This document shows, in pieces, positions 17,930 through 25,874 of a stretch of 32,000 nt of DNA. The position numbers and the translations under genes were made by a program. The stretch comes from Gemmata obscuriglobus (lineage in GTDB: Bacteria > Planctomycetota > Planctomycetia > Gemmatales > Gemmataceae): assembly GCF_008065095.1 (NCBI RefSeq), contig NZ_CP042911.1:6120001-6152000 (forward strand), read 5' to 3'. The stretch's first letter is position 1. Each line of letters starts with the position of its first letter. The notes beneath the pieces were generated by a model that saw only the letters and a list, made by a program, of their open reading frames with translations, had not been told where the DNA came from and made no database searches.

Positions 17930-18889
17930 CTACCGCGCAACCACCGCGTCCGGTGCGGGGGCGAGGTGCGATTCCACCGTGCGGCGCAGCCCGTCCTCGA
18001 ACGAAACCGCCGGCGCGTAGCCGAGGTCCGCGCGCGTCCGCCGGATGTCCGCGAGCGAGTACTTCACGTCCCCGGCCCGCGACGGCCCGAAGGTCGGTCG
18101 CAGGTCGGTGCCGAGGATACGGTTCAGCGCCGCGACCAGTTCCAGCAGCGTCACACTGCGCCCGGTGCCCACGTTGTACACGTTCCCGGACGCGTCCGGT
18201 GCGTCGGCGGCGCGCGTCAGCGCGTGCACCGCGTTGGCCACGAACGTGAAGTCGCGCGACTGTGTCCCGTCCCCCTGGATGCTGGGGGCGCGGCCCGCGA
18301 TCATGGCGGCGGCGAAGAGCGCGATGACCCCGCTGTACGGGCTGTCGGCGCGCTGCCGCGGGCCGAAGATGTTGAAGAACCGCAGCCGCACCGTCTCGAT
18401 GCCGTAGGTGTGCGCGAACGCCTGCATGTACAGTTCGCCCGCGAGCTTCGCCGCCGCGTAGGGCGACTTTGCCACCAGCGGCAGGTCTTCGGTCTGCCCG
18501 CCCGGCGCCGAGTGCCCGCCGTACGCGCTCGAGCTGGCGGCGTACACCACCCGGCGCACCCCGTTTTTGCGGGCGGCGTCGAGCAGGTTCAGGGTCCCGG
18601 TGGCGCACGCCGCGTGCGTCACCGCCGGGGCCTCCACGCTCCGCGCCACCGACGCCAGCGCCCCGAGGTGGTACACCACCCCGGCCCCCTTCACCGCCCG
18701 CGCGACCGCCGCCGCGTCCGTCAGGCTGCCTTCGACCACCTCAACGCCGCTCAGTCGAGCCAGGTTGTCGCGGAGCCCGGTGCTGAAGTCGTCCAGCACG
18801 CGCACGGGGCGGCCCCGGCGGACGAGGTCTTCGACGAGGTGCGACCCGATGAACCCGGCGCCGCCGGTGACGAGGGACAGCTCTTCCAT
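17930..18889 (-). CDS. NAD-dependent epimerase/dehydratase (extended SDR) family protein
   Basis: 'LVTGGAGFIGSHLVEDLV' Rossmann motif, 'SSSAYG' and the 'YAAAKLAGE' YxxxK catalytic motif. 319 aa. Confidence 0.9.
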   Translation of the reverse strand: MEELSLVTGGAGFIGSHLVEDLVRRGRPVRVLDDFSTGLRDNLARLSGVEVVEGSLTDAAAVARAVKGAGVVYHLGALASVARSVEAPAVTHAACATGTLNLLDAARKNGVRRVVYAASSSAYGGHSAPGGQTEDLPLVAKSPYAAAKLAGELYMQAFAHTYGIETVRLRFFNIFGPRQRADSPYSGVIALFAAAMIAGRAPSIQGDGTQSRDFTFVANAVHALTRAADAPDASGNVYNVGTGRSVTLLELVAALNRILGTDLRPTFGPSRAGDVKYSLADIRRTRADLGYAPAVSFEDGLRRTVESHLAPAPDAVVAR

Positions 18890-18955
18890 GAGCGTGTTGC
18901 TCCGCGGTGTTGAGACGAGAAGGAGCGGAGTGTAACAGCCCCGCCGGCCGGGTGT

Positions 18956-19867
18956 CTACGCCGACCGAAGTGTTAAAATCGCCAGTTCCGGGCGTACTCC
19001 GAACCGAAACCGCCAACCGAAGCCGACACCGGTGTTAACGTACAGGTGCCCGTGTGGGACCGGGTACAGCCCGGCCGCCCAGCGGCGCGCGCTCCGGTGC
19101 AAGAACAGCCGCCCGAGCCCCGGCCAGTTAATCTGCCCGCCATGCGTGTGGCCACTCAGAACCAGGTCGGCACGGTGCGAACCGAGGTGCGCCGCCGACT
19201 CGGGGTTGTGTGCGAGCAACACCCGCGGGGACCGTTCGCAAGCACCGCCGAGTGCGGCCGGCACGTCCGATTCGCCGCTCCACAGATCGTCGATGCCGGC
19301 CACGACAAGGCTTTCGCCCCCGTGACTGACCGCGACGGACCGGTTCCGAAGCACCGTCACCCCTTCCGCCCCGAGCGCGTTGGCGACGACGTGGTCGAGG
19401 CCGTGGTGCTTCCGCTTGCCCCGTGGGACGTGAACGGAGAAGTCGTGGTTGCCGAGTACCGCAAAAACGCCGAGTGGTGCTTCGAGAGAGCGGAACAATC
19501 GGGCCGCGCCAGCGGCGTGCTCGGGACCACGGTCGATGAAATCGCCGGTCAGCGCGATCAGATCCGGGGCTTCCTGAGCGGCACGTTCGATGACGCCTTC
19601 CAGGTAGCCGGTTGGGATGTGGCTGCCGCAGTGAAAGTCGCTGAGGTGTGCAATCCGAAGGCCAGCCAGGGCAGCAGGAAGGTCCTTGATCGGTAGGTCG
19701 ACCCGGTTGACCGCCAGCCAGGTCGGTTCGACATGGTACGCGTACCCGAGCCGTGCCCAGCTACGCCCGACCGCCCGTGCGGCACGGCGGGCCAACCCGC
19801 CGATCGAGTCTCCGGGAGTCGCCCCGGCAAAAACGGACGGGCAATCGCCTGTCGTCAGCATAAGCAA
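18956..19867 (-). CDS. Metallophosphoesterase (calcineurin-like, YaeI-type)
   Basis: Motifs 'HLSDFHCG', 'LTGDFID', 'LGNHD' and 'SGHTHGGQ'. Confidence 0.88.
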   Translation of the reverse strand: MLMLTTGDCPSVFAGATPGDSIGGLARRAARAVGRSWARLGYAYHVEPTWLAVNRVDLPIKDLPAALAGLRIAHLSDFHCGSHIPTGYLEGVIERAAQEAPDLIALTGDFIDRGPEHAAGAARLFRSLEAPLGVFAVLGNHDFSVHVPRGKRKHHGLDHVVANALGAEGVTVLRNRSVAVSHGGESLVVAGIDDLWSGESDVPAALGGACERSPRVLLAHNPESAAHLGSHRADLVLSGHTHGGQINWPGLGRLFLHRSARRWAAGLYPVPHGHLYVNTGVGFGWRFRFGVRPELAILTLRSA

Positions 19868-19979
19868 ACTGCCCTCTAGTCTTTGGCGCCCCGCATAATT
19901 TTAGGGCGCGCAAAAACAGAGGGCGGTAACTGAGCAGAAGATTCAGCACAATCGGGCTGAAATAAGGTTGGTACGCTCC

Positions 19980-20333
19980 TTACTTCTTGGGTCCCTTCTT
20001 CGGCTGCGGCTTCTCGTCTTCGTCCCCGTCAAGGTCCTCGTCGTCCTCGTCGTCCTCGTCGTCCTCGTCGTCATCCAGATCGTCGTCGTCAAAATCCTCG
20101 TCGTCGTCGAAGTCATCGTCGTCGAGGTCGTCGAGGTCATCGTCGAGGTCGTCGAGGTCGTCGTCCTCGAGGTCGTCGAGGTCGTCGTCGTCGTCCTCGT
20201 CATCATCGTCGTCATCGTCCTCGAAATCTTCGTCTTCGTCGTCGGCGGCGAGAACGGGGGTGAGCAGTTCGTCGAGCCACGACAGGTCTTCCGTCGGGGC
20301 GAACCCGGCGGAAAGAAGGAGACTGGCGGCCAT
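19980..20333 (-). CDS. Hyper-acidic small protein (117 aa; 65 of 77 consecutive residues are D/E) with short basic C-terminal tail
   Basis: ATG at 20333 has GAGGA 8 nt upstream; the track's 20414 start is a TTG. The sequence is MAASLLLSAGFAPTEDLSWLDELLTPVLAA + D/E tract punctuated by L/F + KPQPKKGPKK. Only this frame avoids poly-S/poly-V nonsense and has a good RBS. Confidence 0.6.
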   Translation of the reverse strand: MAASLLLSAGFAPTEDLSWLDELLTPVLAADDEDEDFEDDDDDDDEDDDDDLDDLEDDDLDDLDDDLDDLDDDDFDDDEDFDDDDLDDDEDDEDDEDDEDLDGDEDEKPQPKKGPKK

Positions 20334-20713
20334 GCGGTCGATCCTCGTGTACGGGTGATGGCCGTTGGACCGGATAGCCCCACTGCTATCGGCGTCCGCC
20401 GGCGCGGAATCCAATTCTCAAACCCGTTCGCGGGCGGGCGCGAGGCCCCGCGTCGGAGTAAGCGGTCTCGTCGCTAGAGCGGTCAAGGTGCGCACAGGTT
20501 CGCCCCGTGTGTGGCTCGCGGACCGTAACCTACAACCACCATGGTGCGGTCAAAGGTAGGCGCTTCTTAGGAACGGGTTCGGAGCGTGTCAAGAACTCCT
20601 TTCGAACTTTCCGAAGTTCCGCAAAAGCCTGCAAAACGCGGCCTTGCGACACGGCTCCGGGCGCCCCGTACAATCGGCTCAGCCCACACGTTCGTTCCCC
20701 ACAAAGGCACGCT

Positions 20714-21487
20714 ATGGCCCAGCCCGGCGTAGACGACGAACAGGTCACCCAGCCCGACTGGGCGCTGCTCACGAACGGCCGGCTGCCCGACTGGGGGCCG
20801 TTGTACGTCGAGACCCCCGCGAACGTGTACGGGCCGGACGCGCCGCCCGTCGCGGAGCCGTGGAACACGGTCACCGCGAGCTTCTTTATCTGGATCGCGG
20901 CGGCGTGGCTGTGGCGGGTCCGCGGGAGGTATCGGGAGTTCCCGTTCCTGGTGTGCTGCATGCCGATTTTGCTGGCGGGCGGCATCGGGGGAACGCTCTT
21001 TCACGGAACGCGGGCGTCCCCCTTGTTCTTCCTGCTGGACGTGGTGCCGATCTCGCTCCTGGGGCTGGCCGGCTCCGCGTACATGGCCTACCGGTTCGTC
21101 GGGCGGCGGCGCGCCTGGGTGCTGGTGCTGATCCTGATCTTTTACGCCGTGTGCAACCGGCTCTTCTTCGCGGTGATCGGGCCGATGAACCGGCAGTTGA
21201 GCATCAACCTGTCGTACGCGTCGCTGGCGGTGGTGGTGCTGGTCCCGGTAGGGTTAGTTCTGTGGCGCACCCGGTTCCGGCACGGCGGGTGGGTGGTCGC
21301 GGGGCTGACGAGCTTCGCGCTCGCGTGGTTCTTCCGGCTGTACGACCAGCAGAGCGCGGGCACGTTTCCGATGGGCAGCCACTGGCTGTGGCACACGTTC
21401 GGCGCCGTCACGACCGCGGCGATGGTGCAGTTCTTTTACAAGGTGGAGGGCGAAGCACCGGCCAGCGGCGGGGCGACCCAATCCTGA
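20714..21487 (+). CDS. Polytopic membrane protein, ceramidase-like / CREST-superfamily putative hydrolase
   Basis: About 7 hydrophobic helices. 'AEPWNTVTASFFIW' resembles the ceramidase N-terminal E-x-x-NT-x-S block. There is a conserved-looking His in 'GGTLFHGTRAS', 'LLDVVPIS', and an HxxxH in the last helix (HWLWHTFGA). The start is set at ATG 20714 (MAQPGVDDE). Confidence 0.55.
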   Translation: MAQPGVDDEQVTQPDWALLTNGRLPDWGPLYVETPANVYGPDAPPVAEPWNTVTASFFIWIAAAWLWRVRGRYREFPFLVCCMPILLAGGIGGTLFHGTRASPLFFLLDVVPISLLGLAGSAYMAYRFVGRRRAWVLVLILIFYAVCNRLFFAVIGPMNRQLSINLSYASLAVVVLVPVGLVLWRTRFRHGGWVVAGLTSFALAWFFRLYDQQSAGTFPMGSHWLWHTFGAVTTAAMVQFFYKVEGEAPASGGATQS

Positions 21488-21722
21488 CATTCGCCCTTCA
21501 CAGAGGACGACACGCACGCTGTGAAGCGCGAGCGCGCCGGCCGCTTGCGATGTGCCGTGCGCGCGCCAATGAGACCCGTCAGAGCCGCCCAACACATCGT
21601 CGCCCGTTTGCCCATCACCATATCCTTGCTCATCCCGGCTCGAACCGTCGCTGAAAAAAACGGTGTCCCTTGCGGGCGGACCGGGCACTAATTGTGTGTG
21701 CCGCCGTGGCAAGGAGACCGAC

Positions 21723-24611
21723 ATGCTGGACCCGCGGACCGGAACCGCGCTGTACCGCGCCGCATCCCGAGCCGGCCCCGGCGCGGCGGCCACCGACCGG
21801 GCGCTCCTGGAGCGGTTCGCCCGGGACCACGACCCGGGCGCGTTCACCGAGTTGCTCGCGCGACACGGGCCGACCGTTTGGGCCGTGTGCCGGCGCGCCA
21901 CCCGCACCGAAGCCGATGCCGAGGACGCGTTCCAGGCCACGTTCCTGGTGCTGGCGCGCCGGGCCGCCCGGGTGCGGAAAGCCGCGTCCGTCGGGAGCTG
22001 GCTGTACGGAGTCGCCTCCCGGATCGGGCGGAAAGCACGGGCGCGGGCCGATCGCGCCCCCGATCCCGCGCGGCTTATGTCGCCCTCCCCTGCCCCTCCG
22101 CCGGACGCCGGGTTGAGCTGGAGCGAAGTCCGGACCGCCCTCGACGAGGAACTCGCGCAGCTCCCCGACGACCTCCGCGCGGTCGTGCTGCTGTGCTACT
22201 TCCAGGGGCTCACGCAGGACGAAACCGCGGCCCAACTCGGCTGGACCGCCCGCACCGTCAAGGCGCGTGTCGCCCGCGCACGCGGACTGCTTCGCGCCCG
22301 GCTCACCCGCCGCGGCATCGAACTGGCAGCCGCCCTCGCGGTCCCGCTCCTCACCGCGGACGCGGGGGCCACCGTTCCACCGCACCTTCGCACCGCGCTG
22401 GCCTCATTCGCCACCGACATGACGCGAGGCGCCCGCACGGGGCTGCGATTGTCGCCGTCGGTCGTCGCCCTCGCCCGAACGGAGGTCTCTGCCGTGAAGA
22501 TGATCCGTCTTGTCGCACTCTGCGCCACCGCCGCCGGGTTGATGGCCGCCGGCATGTTGTCCGGCCGCCCACCCGTATCCCCCACCGGGAACGCCACCGC
22601 CGCTGCGCCCGTGTCCGCCCCACCGGCCCCTGAACCGCCTCAGAAGATCCCGGCGGCGGGCGTGCGGATCGGCACCACCGAGTTCCGGCAAGTGGGATGG
22701 CACTCCCGGGTGTTCTTCGCCAACGGCGGGAAAACGCTGCTCACCGCGGGCGAAGGCGCGATCGTCCGGTTCTGGGACATCGAGCAAGGGAAAACGACCC
22801 ACGAGATTCAACTAAAGGGTCTCTACAACGACGCCGCGGCCACTCCCAGCGGCGACCTGCTGGCCGTTGCCGGCATCCACTGGCCGAAGGGGAAGGATCA
22901 AGACAGCGAGCCCGTGTTGTGGTTGATCGACACGCCGCGTCGCACCGTCCGACACACCGTCGCGTTGCCCCCGCGGCTGGGAGGCAACAGCCAGAAAGTC
23001 GCCCTCAGCGCCGATGGACGGCGCGCGGTTGTCGAGCAAGAGGGCGACGTTCAGGTGATCGACACCAAGTCCGGTGAGGAACTGATGCGGCACAAGGGCC
23101 GCATCAACGCCGGCACCCTCGCCGTGTCACGCGACGGCAAGCGGATCGCGTTCGGCCGGCACGACCTGTACTTATGGGAGTGGGAGTCCGGTGAGGAGCC
23201 CCGCAAGCTCGCGAGCCGAAGTGTAACCGGGGTCGAGACCGCGGCGTTCGCACCCAACGGCAAGTCGCTCTACGCTGTGGCGGACGGCGGCAAAGTGGCG
23301 TGGCTCGACGTAGCCACCGGACGGCGCACCGGAACGCTCGATCTCGACGGGACGCCGTGGAAATGGTCCTTTAGTCCGGACGGCCGAACGATCGCCGTCA
23401 CGTATGTGAGTCATTTACGATCCAAGAGCAGCGGCGCAGTGGTTCTGTGGGACCCGCTTAGCGCCAAAGAGATCGGCCGGTTCCCGGTCGGCCAGACCGA
23501 GGCGAAACATGTGAGCTGGTCGGCCGACGGAACCCGTCTGGCGGCGGTGACCAACTACCGGCTGTGGGTATGGGACGTGAAGACGGGGAAGCCGATCGGA
23601 CCGTCCTCGATCGGCCACGAGGGCCAAGTCTCCGGGTTCGCGTTCGGACCGGACGGTCGGCTCTTCACCGCTGGCGACGACCACACCGTCCGATCGTGGT
23701 CCCCGGACACCGGGGCTCAAGGTCTGGAGCTGATCCACGACAGTTGGGTGCGGGGCGTCGCCGTTTCGCCCGACGGCGCGCTCGTGGCGGGCTCAGCGCT
23801 CCGCAACGATCTGAGGATCTGGGACGCGAAGACCGGCGCCGAGCGGTTCCGGCTGCTCGGCAACGGTGAATCGGGCGGACAGCGCCGGGCGCGGTTCACT
23901 CCGGACGGCCGCCGCCTCGCCGCCTGGGGCGATGACATGTACCTGCGGGTGTGGGACACGCGCAACGGCAAGCTCCTCTCCGAGCACCGAACCGTACCCG
24001 CGGGGATAACCGAAGCCCAGCTCGATGACCCGTGGCAGCACAAATACCTGCTGCTGGGCTTCGCGGCCGCGGACATCAGCGCCGACGGCTCGACCTTCGC
24101 GTTCTGCAACTCCAAGGCCGTTCAGGTCTTCGACGCAACCACCGGCAAACAGCGAGGCGCGTTCGAGCCCGACCCCAACGGGGTCACCGCGCTCGCGCTG
24201 TCGCCGGACGGTCAGGTGCTCGCGACCGCCGGGCGCGGCACGGTGACCGAGACGCGGTCACCCGACGGGCGCACACGTTCGACCGCGGCCGACGATCACC
24301 GAACGGTGCTCCGGGACGTCGCCACCCAAAAGGTCTTGTGGGGGGCGACCTCGCCCGGATCGTGGAGCGGCGGGCTCACGTTTTCTCCCGACGGCAAGCT
24401 TCTCGCCGAGGTGACGGGGGAGGAAAAGGGCTATGCCGTCCGTGTGTGGGAGGTGGGGTCCGGAAAGGAACTCGGCCGGATCGCGCTCCCGGGGCGCGGC
24501 AATCAGGTCACGTTCGACCGCACCGGGCGGCGGTTGGCCGTCGCCAACTGGGACACCACGGCGACCGTGTACGACCTGGACACCGCGCTCAAGCCCGTTG
24601 AACCCAAGTGA
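21723..24611 (+). CDS. ECF (sigma-70 family) sigma factor fused to a TM helix and a large C-terminal WD40 beta-propeller region (962 aa)
   Basis: Sigma region 2 (DRALLERFARDHDPGAFTELLARHGPTVWAVCRR...AEDAFQATFLVLARRA) and region 4 (LPDDLRAVVLLCYFQGLTQDETAAQLGWTARTVKARVARARGLLRARL). TM helix MIRLVALCATAAGLMAAGMLSG (about 22497-22565). Many blades follow, such as 'FSPDGRTIAV' and 'AGDDHTVRSWSPDTG'. AAGGAG lies upstream of ATG 21723. Confidence 0.9.
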   Translation: MLDPRTGTALYRAASRAGPGAAATDRALLERFARDHDPGAFTELLARHGPTVWAVCRRATRTEADAEDAFQATFLVLARRAARVRKAASVGSWLYGVASRIGRKARARADRAPDPARLMSPSPAPPPDAGLSWSEVRTALDEELAQLPDDLRAVVLLCYFQGLTQDETAAQLGWTARTVKARVARARGLLRARLTRRGIELAAALAVPLLTADAGATVPPHLRTALASFATDMTRGARTGLRLSPSVVALARTEVSAVKMIRLVALCATAAGLMAAGMLSGRPPVSPTGNATAAAPVSAPPAPEPPQKIPAAGVRIGTTEFRQVGWHSRVFFANGGKTLLTAGEGAIVRFWDIEQGKTTHEIQLKGLYNDAAATPSGDLLAVAGIHWPKGKDQDSEPVLWLIDTPRRTVRHTVALPPRLGGNSQKVALSADGRRAVVEQEGDVQVIDTKSGEELMRHKGRINAGTLAVSRDGKRIAFGRHDLYLWEWESGEEPRKLASRSVTGVETAAFAPNGKSLYAVADGGKVAWLDVATGRRTGTLDLDGTPWKWSFSPDGRTIAVTYVSHLRSKSSGAVVLWDPLSAKEIGRFPVGQTEAKHVSWSADGTRLAAVTNYRLWVWDVKTGKPIGPSSIGHEGQVSGFAFGPDGRLFTAGDDHTVRSWSPDTGAQGLELIHDSWVRGVAVSPDGALVAGSALRNDLRIWDAKTGAERFRLLGNGESGGQRRARFTPDGRRLAAWGDDMYLRVWDTRNGKLLSEHRTVPAGITEAQLDDPWQHKYLLLGFAAADISADGSTFAFCNSKAVQVFDATTGKQRGAFEPDPNGVTALALSPDGQVLATAGRGTVTETRSPDGRTRSTAADDHRTVLRDVATQKVLWGATSPGSWSGGLTFSPDGKLLAEVTGEEKGYAVRVWEVGSGKELGRIALPGRGNQVTFDRTGRRLAVANWDTTATVYDLDTALKPVEPK

Positions 24612-24622
24612 GGGAGAACGTC

Positions 24623-25861
24623 ATGGTCGAGATCCTGCTCGCGTGGCTCGCGACGCTGCCGGCACCCGCACGGCCGGCGGGATTGGCGCCGGACCTGGCC
24701 CCACCGGTCCACGTCACGGCCGACGGCCGCCCCCTGGACGTGGAGCGCGTCGGGCACGCCGCGCCGTTCGTCGGCGACTTCTACGGCGACGGCAAGCCGG
24801 CCCTGCTGGTCGGGCAGTTCGACGGCGGGAAGCTCCGGGTGTACCGCAACGTCGGCACCAGGACCGAGCCGAAGTTCGGCGCGTTCGAGTGGTTCAAGGC
24901 CAGTGACGCGCTGGGCACCATCGAGCCCGGGTGAGACATCGGGTTCTGTCCACAGTTGGTGGACCTCGACGGCGACGGAAAGGGCGACATCATCTCCGGC
25001 TCCTGGCCGGGGCCGATCACTTGGTTCCGCCGCACCGGCGAAACGTTCGCGGGCGGCGAAACGCTCAAGCACAAGGACGGCACGCCGGTGAACCCGGCGA
25101 ACGGGTCGCACGCCTTCGCGTTCGACTGGGACGGCGACGGCTTGCCGGACCTCGTCATCGGCACCGCCGGCGGCGAGGTGATGCTCGCGCCCAACGTCGG
25201 CACCCGCGACCGGCCCGTGTTCGACCGGGCGAAGCCGCTCACGGCCGGCGGCCAGAAGCTCACGGCTCCGAGCGGGTGCGCCGCCCCCGTGGTGGCCGAC
25301 TGGGACGGCGACGGCCGGCCGGACCTCGTCGTCGGTGCCGAGGACGGGAGCGTGGTCTGGTTCCGCAACGCGGGGACCCGCCGGGAGCCGAAGCTCGCGG
25401 CGGCGCAAACGCTGGTGCCGCCCAGCCCGTCGCCCCGGCACGACGACAAATCCCGCCGGCCCGGCGAGTGGGGGATGCGCGCCCGCCCGGCGGTGGTGGA
25501 CTGGGACGGCGACGGCAAGCTCGACCTGCTCGTCGGTGACGTGTGCGGCGGCTACGAGGGGAAGCCGCAGGCGACGGCGGACGAGGCCGCCGAGCACAAG
25601 GGCGCCGCGGACCGTCTCCCCGCCCTCCGAAAGGAGTGGGCGGCTGCGTACAAGGAGTTCGCGGCGCTGTCGGACGCCCCCGAGCCGACCGACGCACAAA
25701 AGCGGGCCGCTCACCGGGTTCAGGTGGCCCGGCTGCGGACCAAGGTGACACGGCTGAAAGACGAGATCACCCAACTGCAGGACGTGCGCGACCGTTACGG
25801 GGCGGGATACATGCGCCACGGGTACGTGTGGCTGTTCAAGCGGGTCGAGCCGGCAAAATGA
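24623..25861 (+). CDS. FG-GAP/VCBS-type repeat protein with C-terminal coiled coil, interrupted by one in-frame TGA (24932-24934): pseudogene, recoding or selenoprotein candidate
   Basis: Track ORFs 24608-24934 and 24956-25861 are in the same frame, separated only by TGA. The D-x-DGDG repeat series runs across the stop (GDFYGDGKPALLVG / VDLDGDGKGDIISG / FDWDGDGLPDLVIG / ADWDGDGRPDLVVG / VDWDGDGKLDLLVG). GGGAGA lies upstream of ATG 24623, 11 nt after the upstream stop. Confidence 0.65.
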
Positions 25862-25874
25862 GGAGGAAACGCTT

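Noticed and set aside
19872-19925. Nested short inverted repeats (gccctct/agagggc and gcgccc/gggcgc) between the acidic-protein gene and the metallophosphoesterase gene
   Set aside because: The stems are only 6-7 bp with long interruptions and no U-tract. A terminator is plausible but the signal is not distinguishable from background in GC-rich DNA.
20013-20243. Highly repetitive gtc/ctc tract that could be mistaken for a tandem-repeat or CRISPR-like array
   Set aside because: The units are 3-12 nt and contiguous, with no spacers. The tract is in frame as a D/E-rich coding region, so it is a coding microsatellite-like tract and not a CRISPR array.
21436-21633. 65-aa minus-strand ORF in the gap before the first ECF gene, and the 449-730 minus-strand ORF after the IMPase gene
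   Set aside because: Neither has an RBS or recognisable motifs, both overlap the 3' ends of better-supported genes, and the composition is unremarkable.
21640-21672. ECF-type promoter look-alike (gaacc - 16 nt - gtgtc) upstream of the first sigma-WD40 gene
   Set aside because: It resembles the generic GAAC...CGTC autoregulated ECF promoter only loosely. There is a single occurrence, and no matching motif upstream of the second fusion gene. This is too weak to call without TSS data.
24956-25861. Treating the distal FG-GAP ORF as an independent gene starting at TTG 24956 or GTG 24959
   Set aside because: It would lack a signal peptide and an RBS, it would begin in the middle of a repeat unit, and it is in the same frame as the upstream ORF. 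It is better explained as one gene with an internal TGA.
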